From assembly GCA_047947115.1 (NCBI GenBank), contig CP170459.1, forward strand, positions 3,968,001-4,032,000: 64,000 bases of DNA. The letters run 5' to 3'. The translations under genes and the position numbers were made by a program. Under the pieces are notes generated by a model. The model had not been told where the DNA came from. It worked only from the letters and a program-made list of their open reading frames with translations, and did not search any database. Positions 54,656 through 64,000 of the stretch are shown here, piece after piece; position 1 is the first letter of the stretch, and the number at the start of each line of letters is the position of its first letter. Origin of the DNA: Verrucomicrobiota bacterium. GTDB lineage: Bacteria; Verrucomicrobiota; Verrucomicrobiia; Limisphaerales; AAA164-E04.

Positions 54656-56101
54656 ATGCATTTAGAAGATTACGAAACGGGCGAGTATTACGACGAATTA
54701 TTCGCCAAACCTGGCGAAGCCAGACCAGCAGCGAGACCGCTCATCGACCACCTGAAACGCCTTCCCAACGAAGAACTTCTTCAAAGACAGCGTGCAGCGG
54801 AATTGTCCATGATGCGCATGGGCATTACCTTCAATGTTTACAGTGATAACCAGGGAGTGGAAAAAACTTTTCCCTTCGACCTGATACCCCGGATCATTCC
54901 CGGCAGCGAATGGAAACACATTGAAGAAGGTCTGAAACAACGCATTTATGCCCTGAATCTGTTCATCCACGACCTTTATCACGAACAGAAAATCCTGAAG
55001 TCAGGTATCGTTCCAGAGGATCTGCTGATGTCTTCCAAAGGATTCCGCCCCCAGTGTGTCGGCGTCAAACCTCCCAAGGACATTTGGATCCATATTACAG
55101 GCACGGATCTGGTTCGGCATTCGGACGGAGTGGTCTATGTGCTCGAAGATAATTTGCGATGCCCATCGGGAGTCAGTTATGTGCTCGAGAACCGGCACCT
55201 AATGAAGAACTTGTTCCCGGGCGTATTCGATACCGGAAAAATAAGATCGGTCGATTCCTACCCATTTCAACTGCGGGATGCTCTGGATTACTTGGTGCAA
55301 AAAACCTCGAACAACCCCAAATGTGTGGTCCTGACTCCGGGACCTTTCAACTCGGCTTACTTTGAGCACAGTTTTCTTGCCCAGCAGTTGGGTGCGGAGC
55401 TGGTTATTGGAGACGATCTGGTGGTTTTTGAGGACAAGGTCTGGATGCGCACCACCCAGGGTTTTGAGCGTGTGGATGTCATATACCGACGTATCGACGA
55501 TGATTTCCTGGATCCGGAAGCTTTTCGAGAAGATTCCATGTTGGGAGTTCCTGGATTGATGCGTGCTTACAAGGCAGGGAACATCGCCCTCGCGAACGCT
55601 CCCGGTTGCGGTGTGGCCGACGACAAAGTCATTTATGCCTACGTGCCGGAAATTATCAAGTATTATACCGGCGAAGAGGCCATCCTGCCCAATGTGCCGA
55701 CCTATGTTTGTTCTGATCCGCAGCAACTTAAGTATGTGTTGGAACACATGCCGGAACTGGTGGTCAAAGCTGCGAATGAGAGTGGAGGCTACGGGTTGAT
55801 AGTGGGTCCGGCCTCAACAAAGCAGGAAATCGCAGCTTTCGCGGAAAAGGTAAAGGCCAACCCTCGTAACTACATCGCCCAACCCACGTTGTCACTGTCA
55901 AGAGTGCCAACTATCTGTGACGGCAAACTTGAGGGGCGTCATGTGGATTTAAGACCCTATGTGCTATACGGAGAAAATATCCATGTGCTGCCGGGAGGAC
56001 TGACACGCGTCGCCCTTAAGAAGGGTTCCCTGGTGGTGAACTCTTCTCAAGGCGGTGGCAGCAAGGACACCTGGGTGATGGAGGATCAAGCAGTATGTTA
56101 A
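54656..56101 (+). CDS. Circularly permuted type 2 ATP-grasp protein
   Basis: [64 protein letters not shown]. Confidence 0.92.
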   Translation: MHLEDYETGEYYDELFAKPGEARPAARPLIDHLKRLPNEELLQRQRAAELSMMRMGITFNVYSDNQGVEKTFPFDLIPRIIPGSEWKHIEEGLKQRIYALNLFIHDLYHEQKILKSGIVPEDLLMSSKGFRPQCVGVKPPKDIWIHITGTDLVRHSDGVVYVLEDNLRCPSGVSYVLENRHLMKNLFPGVFDTGKIRSVDSYPFQLRDALDYLVQKTSNNPKCVVLTPGPFNSAYFEHSFLAQQLGAELVIGDDLVVFEDKVWMRTTQGFERVDVIYRRIDDDFLDPEAFREDSMLGVPGLMRAYKAGNIALANAPGCGVADDKVIYAYVPEIIKYYTGEEAILPNVPTYVCSDPQQLKYVLEHMPELVVKAANESGGYGLIVGPASTKQEIAAFAEKVKANPRNYIAQPTLSLSRVPTICDGKLEGRHVDLRPYVLYGENIHVLPGGLTRVALKKGSLVVNSSQGGGSKDTWVMEDQAVC

Positions 56102-57129
56102 GTCGAGTTGCAGATTCCCTATATTGGATGAGCCGTTACATGGAGAGGGCCGACAATGTGGCCCGGTTCATCAGTGTCAACCTGCATCTCATGCTCGATT
56201 CCGATGTAGGAGAAGAACAACAGTGGCTCCCACTGATCCACACCTCGGGAGACCATGAAGCATTTTTCAAAAAGCACGATGTTGCGTCTCAGGTCAACGT
56301 GGTTCATTTTCTGGCCTTTGACGAATCCAACCCCAACTCCATTCTCTCATGCCTCCGCAGTGCCAGAGAAAATGCCCGCACAATCCGTGAAATCATCACC
56401 TCTTCCATGTGGCAACAGGTGAATGAATTTTATCTTTTCGTTCAAGAATCGGTTTCACGCAGGGAATCACTGGAATCCCTGAACCGTTTCTTTGTTCAAA
56501 TTCGCCGTGGAACAGCCACTTTCATGGGGTTAACGGATTCAACATTGACACGTGGCGATGCCTGGCATTTTTCGCATCTTGGCCGCATGTTGGAACGGGC
56601 CGATAAGACATCCAGAATTCTTGATGTCAAATACTTCATTCTCCTTAAATCGGTGTCGGAGGTGGGAGCTCCCATCGATGACATTCAGTGGGGGGCGGTA
56701 TTACGCTCAGCCAGCGCCTTCGAAATGTATCGAAAGCAATACGTGCGGGTGGTTCCCGTTCATGTGGTGGATTTCCTGCTGTTCGATCACGCATTTCCCA
56801 GATCTGTGCGTTATTGCCTGGCTTCCGCACGCAGTTCGCTGCACGCCATTTCCGGCACATCGGAACTGCAATGTCACAATATGGCGGAGCGCATACTGGG
56901 ATCGGTTTGTTCGGATCTGGTCTATTCCAAGGTTGATCATGTCATTGAATCCGGTCTGCATGAATACATTGACCACCTTCAGTCCAAAATGAATGAGGTG
57001 GGAAAAGAAGTGTTTGAAACCTTTTTCGCGCGCAAAATACCCCGTAACACCCAATCCAACGTTTTTCGCGCCAAGCATGGTTCACATGACGTTTTTATGG
57101 GAGGTGGTTCCCAAATCAATTTGCAATAA
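56095..57129 (+). CDS. Alpha-E domain protein
   Basis: MLSRVA..LYW..RY.ERA and G..LERADKT.R (two ER motifs), ARENAR, FPRS. Confidence 0.9.
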   Translation: MLSRVADSLYWMSRYMERADNVARFISVNLHLMLDSDVGEEQQWLPLIHTSGDHEAFFKKHDVASQVNVVHFLAFDESNPNSILSCLRSARENARTIREIITSSMWQQVNEFYLFVQESVSRRESLESLNRFFVQIRRGTATFMGLTDSTLTRGDAWHFSHLGRMLERADKTSRILDVKYFILLKSVSEVGAPIDDIQWGAVLRSASAFEMYRKQYVRVVPVHVVDFLLFDHAFPRSVRYCLASARSSLHAISGTSELQCHNMAERILGSVCSDLVYSKVDHVIESGLHEYIDHLQSKMNEVGKEVFETFFARKIPRNTQSNVFRAKHGSHDVFMGGGSQINLQ

Positions 57130-57164
57130 CATCCACCGCTTTTTTACTTACAGATTTTCAATTT

Positions 57165-60100
57165 ATGTCTATCCATGTCGCCCTGAATCATCAGAGCATT
57201 TACGCTTACGATCGACCGGTCACACATCATCCGCACCTGATCCGGCTGCGTCCGGCACCGCACTGTCGCACCAGAGTGATTTCCTATTCACTGAAACTCT
57301 CATCGAAGGACCATTTCCTCAACTGGCAACAGGATCCGTTTGGCAATTACCTTGCCCGAAGCGTGTTCCAAAAGCCTTTGAAAGACCTCCGTATCGAAGT
57401 TGATCTCGTCGCGGAGATGGCGGTGCACAATCCATTTGATTTTTTCCTCGAATCATATGCCGAACAATTTCCATTCAAATATGAAACATGGCTCCAGAAG
57501 GAATTACGCCCGTACTTGGAAACTCCCGATCGTACACCGTGCTTCCTGAAATTCGCCCGCAGCATTGATCAGAAAAAAATCCACACGGTGGATTTCCTGG
57601 TCCAACTCAATCAAAGGCTGAACAAGGAAATCAAATATCTCATCCGGCTCGAACCCGGTGTGCAAACCCCGGAGGAAACATTGACCAAACAATCGGGTTC
57701 CTGCAGGGATTCGGCATGGTTGATGGTGCAGCTTCTCAGATGGCTGGGGCTTGCCGCACGCTTTGCATCGGGTTACCTGATCCAATTGAAAGCCGACCTC
57801 AAATCTCTGGACGGACCTTCCGGTACAGAAGTTGATTTCACGGATCTCCATGCATGGTGCGAAGTGTATCTGCCCGGTGCAGGATGGATCGGTTTGGACC
57901 CAACCTCCGGCCTGTTGGCTGGAGAGGGGCACATCCCTCTGGCCTGTACCCCTGATCCTACCGGAGCAGCCCCCATCACTGGGTCGACCGATCTCTGCAA
58001 GGTGAAATTCAAGCATTCGATGCAGGTTTCCCGCATATACGAATCGCCACGCGTCACTCTTCCCTATGAGGAAACCGTCTGGAAGCAAATCCGCTCCTTG
58101 GGTGACCGAGTAGATGCGCGCCTGCGACAGGGAGATATCCGACTCACCATGGGCGGTGAACCTACCTTTGTCAGCATTGATGACATGGACGGGGACGAAT
58201 GGAATTATACAGCCCTCAGCGATAAAAAGCTCACGATTGCCAAAGAACTTTCCTGGCGTTTAAAAAGCAAGCTGGCTAAAGGAGGTTTATTGCACCATGG
58301 CCAAGGCAAGTGGTATCCAGGAGAATCACTGCCACGTTGGGCCCTGAGTTGCTACTGGAGGAAGAATGGACTTCCGGTGTGGGAAAATCCGGCTTTGTTG
58401 GCATGGAAAGAGGCATCGGGCAGCGCCACACAGGACGATGCCAAACGATTTGCTCATACGCTGACAGAACTCTTGAATCTGGATGACAAACACATTCTCC
58501 CAGCCTACGAAGACATTTGGTATTACCTGTGGCGAGAACGTCGATTACCCTCCAATGTGGATCCGCTTCAATCCAAATTGAGCGAACCAGAAGAACGCAA
58601 GCGTCTGGCCAAAGTATTCGAACAGGGGCTGGACAATATTGTTGGCTACACCCTCCCCTTGCGCTTGCATCCATTGACAGGAGCCTGGGAAACGGGTCCG
58701 TGGTTCTTGAGAAGGGAATATTTATTCCTGACTCCCGGGGACTCCCCGATGGGATATCGACTGCCGCTCGACTCACTTCCCTGGCAGGATCCATCGAGTG
58801 TGGAATCCCTGCACGCTCCCGATCCAATGACTCTTGGGAAGGAAACTGGTTCAACTTCAGGTTTTGAAACGGGCAAACACAAATACGATGGATACCACAA
58901 GACCCTATCCGCCACCGATAGAGGAATTGGGGTATCGCAAGGCATCCAATCCTCCGCAAGCTCAGGTCACCCACACGAGGCCGAACTCAAATGGCAACAC
59001 CCATCTGGCTCGACAGATGCTGATCCATCATCGAACCAGTCCATCCCGCAACAAATCGTCCGGACCGCACTGTGCATCGAACCTAGAAACGGCATTTTAC
59101 ACATCTTCATGCCTCCCATGCCGACAGCAACTGATTATTTCAGATTGATCCAGGCAGTCGAAGCCACCGCGAGGAAATATGATACACCCGTGATCATTGA
59201 AGGGGAAACACCCCCATTCGATCCGGCGTATCAATCCATGAAAGTAACGCCAGACCCGGGGGTCATTGAAGTAAACGTGCCCCCATCCGACAACTGGGAG
59301 GAATTGTGCCACATGACCGAAACGGTTTATGAGGAAGCTCGTCAATCCAGATTGGGCACTGAAAAATTCCTGATGGATGGACGCCACACCGGTACCGGCG
59401 GCGGCAACCACATGACACTGGGCGGGACAACTCCTTCCGACAGCCCTTTTTTGCGCCGTCCGGACCTGCTGAAAAGTCTCGTGACTTATTGGCAAAACCA
59501 CCCGTCACTTAGTTTTCTGTTCAGTGGGATGTTTATCGGACCGACCAGTCAGCATCCTCGAGTAGATGAAGCACGCAACGATTCGCTCTACGAATTGGAG
59601 ATCGCCAATCGGCAGGTTTCAAAAAAGCAACCCATCGCCCCCTGGTTGGTAGACCGTATCTACCGGAATTTGTTGGTAGATTTGACCGGTAACACGCATC
59701 GTGCGGAATTCTGCATTGACAAGATGTTTTCCCCGGACAGCGCTTCGGGACGCCTTGGCTTGCTCGAAATGCGGGCATTTGAAATGCCCCCCCACCATCG
59801 CATGAGTTTGGTGCAACAACTGTTGTTGCGATCAATCATCTGCCGTGTATGGGAAGATCCATACGAACAACCCATGGTACGTTGGGGCACGCAAATCCAC
59901 GATCGGTTCATGCTGCCTTATTTCAATCAACTTGATTTCCAGGACGTCATCCAGGATTTACAGGACCATGACTTGCCCATGGATTTCGAATGGTTCGCCC
60001 CACATTTTGAATTTCGCTTTCCCAAGCATGGCGAAATCACCCGTCGAGCCATTCATCTCGAACTGCGGCACGCCCTGGAACCCTGGAACGTATTGGGAGA

Positions 60101-60575
60101 ACAAGGCAGCCTGGGTGGCACTTCCCGATTCGTTGATTCCTCTCTGGAGCGACTCCAGATCAAAGCTTCAGGCCTGATCGATTCCCGTTATTGGGTCACA
60201 TGCAATGGCAGACGTATCCCTCTTCATCCAACCGGAGTATTAGGAGAGTTTGTCGCGGGTGTCAGATACCGTGCATGGCAACCCGGTGAATGCCTCCATC
60301 CCACCATTGGTGTGCACGCGCCATTAGTGTTTGACATTCACGACTCCTGGAACAATCGCTCAATTGGCGGCTGTCAATACCACGTGGGTGATCCTGCAGG
60401 AAGGAACCACGAGCAGTTACCTATAAATGCCTTTGAAGCCGAAAGTCGTCGATTAGCACGTTTCTTCAACATCGGCCACACAGGAGGCGCCTGTTCCCCT
60501 CTTCCCATGGAGCAAAACCGTGATTTCCCCATGACACTGGACCTGCGAATGTATCCACAACAAAAAGAACTCTGA
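57165..60575 (+). CDS. Transglutaminase fused to DUF2126 (putative amidoligase)
   Basis: GSCRD / DLHAW / GLDPT triad; TMGGEPTF, PDPGVIEVN, GTGGGNH, GNTHRAE, E.RAFEM. Confidence 0.9.
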   Translation: MSIHVALNHQSIYAYDRPVTHHPHLIRLRPAPHCRTRVISYSLKLSSKDHFLNWQQDPFGNYLARSVFQKPLKDLRIEVDLVAEMAVHNPFDFFLESYAEQFPFKYETWLQKELRPYLETPDRTPCFLKFARSIDQKKIHTVDFLVQLNQRLNKEIKYLIRLEPGVQTPEETLTKQSGSCRDSAWLMVQLLRWLGLAARFASGYLIQLKADLKSLDGPSGTEVDFTDLHAWCEVYLPGAGWIGLDPTSGLLAGEGHIPLACTPDPTGAAPITGSTDLCKVKFKHSMQVSRIYESPRVTLPYEETVWKQIRSLGDRVDARLRQGDIRLTMGGEPTFVSIDDMDGDEWNYTALSDKKLTIAKELSWRLKSKLAKGGLLHHGQGKWYPGESLPRWALSCYWRKNGLPVWENPALLAWKEASGSATQDDAKRFAHTLTELLNLDDKHILPAYEDIWYYLWRERRLPSNVDPLQSKLSEPEERKRLAKVFEQGLDNIVGYTLPLRLHPLTGAWETGPWFLRREYLFLTPGDSPMGYRLPLDSLPWQDPSSVESLHAPDPMTLGKETGSTSGFETGKHKYDGYHKTLSATDRGIGVSQGIQSSASSGHPHEAELKWQHPSGSTDADPSSNQSIPQQIVRTALCIEPRNGILHIFMPPMPTATDYFRLIQAVEATARKYDTPVIIEGETPPFDPAYQSMKVTPDPGVIEVNVPPSDNWEELCHMTETVYEEARQSRLGTEKFLMDGRHTGTGGGNHMTLGGTTPSDSPFLRRPDLLKSLVTYWQNHPSLSFLFSGMFIGPTSQHPRVDEARNDSLYELEIANRQVSKKQPIAPWLVDRIYRNLLVDLTGNTHRAEFCIDKMFSPDSASGRLGLLEMRAFEMPPHHRMSLVQQLLLRSIICRVWEDPYEQPMVRWGTQIHDRFMLPYFNQLDFQDVIQDLQDHDLPMDFEWFAPHFEFRFPKHGEITRRAIHLELRHALEPWNVLGEQGSLGGTSRFVDSSLERLQIKASGLIDSRYWVTCNGRRIPLHPTGVLGEFVAGVRYRAWQPGECLHPTIGVHAPLVFDIHDSWNNRSIGGCQYHVGDPAGRNHEQLPINAFEAESRRLARFFNIGHTGGACSPLPMEQNRDFPMTLDLRMYPQQKEL

Positions 60576-60645
60576 TAAACTACTACAAAATAAGTCTGTT
60601 TGAAAATTCACCTTTCCTGAAGACGATTGGCCTGTCATTTTCCTG

Positions 60646-63147
60646 ATGTCGACCATGGAACCAATCACGATAGATCCAGCTTCTCAATTATTGTCAGGGT
60701 GGCAGCCTGCCTCGAACACCTTTGATGAAGTACGAGATCCAAATGGAACCATCCGTCATCATTGGAAACATTTTTTCGATGGACTGGGGGGGCTGGGAAA
60801 AGAAGCGTTGGACGATCGTTGGAATCTAAGCCGTCGTATCTTGAGGAACCATGGAGCAAGTTATCACGTCACGACCAAGGAAGGTGAGAGTGAGCGGCCG
60901 TGGGAACTGGACCTGCTGCCATTCATCATCAGTGAAGCGGAATGGCAGCACATCGAAACAGGCATCATCCAGCGGGCAAGACTGCACAATCTGATCCTGC
61001 AGGATATTTATGCCCGGCCTCAATACTTGTTGAGGAACGGAGACATCCCCCCGGCACTGCTCTTTGCCAACCCTAACTTTTTGAGAGCCTGCCGGGGCGT
61101 CCCCATTCCGGGGAACCAATACCTTCAACTGCACGCTGTGGACCTTGCACGTTCACCAGACGGCACTTGGTGGGCATTGGATGATCGCATGCAGAGTCCC
61201 AACGGATTGGGGTATGCCCTGGAAAACCGTTCCATCATCGGTCGCATACATCGAGATCTGTTTGATCGGGATAAGGTCGCAGGCCTTAGCTCATTTTTCA
61301 ACATTCTGCGCCAGAACTTCCTGGCCTTGAACTGTGTCCATGACGGGTATCCACGCGTGGTGTTTTTGACTCCGGGCGTCCACAGTGATGCACATTACGA
61401 GCACACACTTCTCGCGAGGTATCTGGGATTCACACTCGTCGAAGGAGGCGACCTGACAGTTCGCAATGGAGACGTTTTTCTTAAAACAGTCGAAGGCCCC
61501 CAAAAAGTGAATGTGGTCGTCCGGCGCGTTAACGACACATTGTGTGACCCTACTGAATTGGATCCCTCCTCCTATCAGGGAACGCCGGGCCTTGTCCAGG
61601 CAACACGCATGGGCAAAGTTGCCTTGGCAAACGCATTGGGATCGGCTGTCGTCGAAACACCCGCCCTGCTCCCCTGCCTCACTCCACTTGCCAGACAAAT
61701 GCTTGGACAGGATCTCCTGATACCCAATGCAGAAACTTGGTGGTGTGGGGACGTACGCCATTGCCGATACGTGTTGGATCATCTGGACCGATTGATCATC
61801 AAGGCGGCTTTTCCCACAAAAAATAGATCAACCTTCAGCGGAATGGAACTCTCCGGCAAGGAACTGGCATCCCTGCGAACAAAGATTCAGGCACGCCCAT
61901 ATAACTATGTTGGACAGGCCCCCATCGAATTGTCCTCGGCACCCGTGTGGAACGGTCAATCCGTCGAATCAAGACCCATCGTACTCCGGGTGTTTGTGGC
62001 AGCCAATAAGGATTCTTATGCCGTTTTGCCGGGTGGATTGACTAAAGTCTCGCCATCCAGCCATACCCCTGTGAAAGGATTAAGGCTGGCAGGCGGAAGT
62101 AAGGATACCTGGATCGCTCGGGATTTGATTCCTCCACACAACGAAAGCCCCATCATCCTGGAATCACGGCCTGCCGGACGCATGCAAACAGGTGTTCCCA
62201 GCCGTACCGCCGATAATTTTTTCTGGTTGGGACGCTATACCGAACGGTTGGAACATCTCCTCCAAATGCTTCGCTCCGTTGCCACCCTACTAACGGAAGA
62301 GCCAGAACCACGAGCCTTGTTACAAGCCAAGGAGATTGTCGCGGCATTACACAGAATGGGGTTCCCACCCTGCGGAGACGCCACTGTGGAAAGTCCGGAT
62401 GGAATGTTAACTGCACTTTTACAAGTGTTCTATCAACCAACCATCACCGGTGGAGGTGCCGATTTGTGCCAAAGGCTGATTTATATCGCCTCATCACTCA
62501 GGGATCGTTTTTCCACTGCCGCATGGCAGGTGATGACTTCGATTAAACAGTATCCAGGGAAACAGCCATTACGCTATCGGGGAGAACACTTGTTGACTTC
62601 CACTAGGGAACTCATGACTCTCCTGTCAGCACTTTCTGGAATCGAGTCCGAAAACATCGTGCGAGGTCATGAATGGCGATTTTTGGATTTCGGAAAGCGG
62701 CTCGAGCGGTCTCAAAATCTTGCCATCCTCATGCGCCAGGTCCTGGGACAAACGATCGACAGAAATTTACTGCTCAATCCCCTTTTGGAAATCTGTGACA
62801 GTTCCATGACCTATCGCCGTCAGCATTATTCAGAACCAGAACTGGAATCAGTCATGTCATCGCTGTTGCTGGACGACAAAAACCCCAGGGCTTTGAAATT
62901 CAATATCCAAGTCATGATGGAACACAGCATGCATCTTTCCAGTCAGACACAACCAAACGGACCATCTCAGATAAACGTCGCACTGAAGCACATGGAACTG
63001 TTGTTTGAACCTACCTGCCGTGATTGGAAATCTTCTGCGGATAAAATCATCCCTGTTGATACACTGGACACACAACTGGAAGCATTGGTAAAGGCTTGTG
63101 AAGAAACATCGAACTTATTGACCCATCATTATTTCAACCTGGCTTAA
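60646..63147 (+). CDS. Circularly permuted ATP-grasp fused to an alpha-E domain
   Basis: RPW.LD..P, GY.LENR, LARYLG..LVEG.DL, SKD.W, then PSR.A.N.FWLGRY.ER and G.RLER. Confidence 0.88.
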   Translation: MSTMEPITIDPASQLLSGWQPASNTFDEVRDPNGTIRHHWKHFFDGLGGLGKEALDDRWNLSRRILRNHGASYHVTTKEGESERPWELDLLPFIISEAEWQHIETGIIQRARLHNLILQDIYARPQYLLRNGDIPPALLFANPNFLRACRGVPIPGNQYLQLHAVDLARSPDGTWWALDDRMQSPNGLGYALENRSIIGRIHRDLFDRDKVAGLSSFFNILRQNFLALNCVHDGYPRVVFLTPGVHSDAHYEHTLLARYLGFTLVEGGDLTVRNGDVFLKTVEGPQKVNVVVRRVNDTLCDPTELDPSSYQGTPGLVQATRMGKVALANALGSAVVETPALLPCLTPLARQMLGQDLLIPNAETWWCGDVRHCRYVLDHLDRLIIKAAFPTKNRSTFSGMELSGKELASLRTKIQARPYNYVGQAPIELSSAPVWNGQSVESRPIVLRVFVAANKDSYAVLPGGLTKVSPSSHTPVKGLRLAGGSKDTWIARDLIPPHNESPIILESRPAGRMQTGVPSRTADNFFWLGRYTERLEHLLQMLRSVATLLTEEPEPRALLQAKEIVAALHRMGFPPCGDATVESPDGMLTALLQVFYQPTITGGGADLCQRLIYIASSLRDRFSTAAWQVMTSIKQYPGKQPLRYRGEHLLTSTRELMTLLSALSGIESENIVRGHEWRFLDFGKRLERSQNLAILMRQVLGQTIDRNLLLNPLLEICDSSMTYRRQHYSEPELESVMSSLLLDDKNPRALKFNIQVMMEHSMHLSSQTQPNGPSQINVALKHMELLFEPTCRDWKSSADKIIPVDTLDTQLEALVKACEETSNLLTHHYFNLA

Positions 63148-63159
63148 AACTCAACCGCG

Positions 63160-64000
63160 ATGAAATACCATTGCTATAAAATCAGCCACAGCACACGTTA
63201 TCAATATTCAGCCATCGTTTCCGAAGGGGTACATCTGATCAAATTGAAGCCGAGAACCTTCCCGAATCAAAATTGCCTCGAATATTCACTGAACATTCTG
63301 CCGGCGGATGCACAGTTTTTTGACTTCACGGATTACTTTGGCAATTCCAGCACACATCTGACTGTATCGCGCCCACACCAGGAACTCATCGTGACCGCTC
63401 AATGCCGCGTGGCCGTGGGACTACCCTTCTGGCCTGCCCCGGATGAAACCCCTTCCTGGGAAGTGGTCAGAAACCAATTAAAAAAGGATCGTGGTGCCTT
63501 GACGCTGGAAGCCGTGGAATACGTGTTTGATTCTCCATTGATCCAATCAAACAAGGCAGTTGCGAAATTTGCCGAAGCATCATTCACCCCGGGCAGGCCT
63601 ATCTTCGAGGCAGGTTTGAATCTCACGCAGCGTATCTTCAATGATTTCCAGTTTGATCCTGCCGCAACAGAAGTCGCAACACCTGTGGCGACGGTCCTGT
63701 CACAGCGCAAGGGAGTGTGTCAGGATTTTGCTCACCTGGCGATTGCTTGTTTCCGTTCCCTGGGATTACCCGCAAAATACGTCAGTGGCTACCTTGAAAC
63801 CGATCCTCCGCCGGGCATACCAAAGCTAATCGGAGTGGATGCATCCCACGCATGGCTGGCCTTTTATTGCCCGGGAATCGGATGGATCGAACTGGATCCG
63901 ACAAATGGCTGCATCCCGGCCATGCGTCACATCAAAATCGGGTTCGGCAGAGACTATGGTGATATTGCCCCCCTGACTGGCATCATCAAAGGACCGGATG
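63160..64000 (+). CDS. Transglutaminase-family protein (truncated by window edge)
   Basis: Not in the ORF track. ATG 63160 MKYHCYKISHSTRYQY...DYFGN...GVCQDFAH...YVSGYL...ASHAW...LDPTN...GRDYGD, open to the end of the window. Confidence 0.9.
   Translation, partial: MKYHCYKISHSTRYQYSAIVSEGVHLIKLKPRTFPNQNCLEYSLNILPADAQFFDFTDYFGNSSTHLTVSRPHQELIVTAQCRVAVGLPFWPAPDETPSWEVVRNQLKKDRGALTLEAVEYVFDSPLIQSNKAVAKFAEASFTPGRPIFEAGLNLTQRIFNDFQFDPAATEVATPVATVLSQRKGVCQDFAHLAIACFRSLGLPAKYVSGYLETDPPPGIPKLIGVDASHAWLAFYCPGIGWIELDPTNGCIPAMRHIKIGFGRDYGDIAPLTGIIKGPD

Overview
Mostly core chromosome of a PVC-superphylum bacterium, most likely Verrucomicrobiota. This is inferred from the DUF1553/DUF1501/DUF1592 cytochrome genes, the H-X9-DG prepilin-like genes and the gene order. 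Housekeeping genes: HU fragment, hisS, cspA, hemW, purA, uppS-cdsA-dxr, sufE, holB, dciA, zwf-pgl, eno, asd. Also present are a Gld-like ABC transporter cluster and several envelope and transport genes. I found no tRNA, rRNA, CRISPR array or intact transposase. Highlights: (1) selD is longer than the ORF track shows and carries an in-frame UGA (selenocysteine) inside a clear SECIS-like hairpin; (2) a five-gene circularly permuted ATP-grasp / alpha-E / transglutaminase / DUF2126 operon, a predicted peptide-tagging system, sits behind a sigma-54-type promoter and has one intact and one degenerate ligase; (3) a ~160-bp intergenic repeat family occurs six times (one tandem triplet), along with a second REP-like family, both with a GGAG-footed hairpin; (4) a 1.3-kb AT-rich islet of immunity-like genes is bounded by an 11-bp direct repeat at the selD 3' end; (5) a 600-bp spacer is built of nested inverted repeats. 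All product calls come from motif recognition by eye; no database searches were run.
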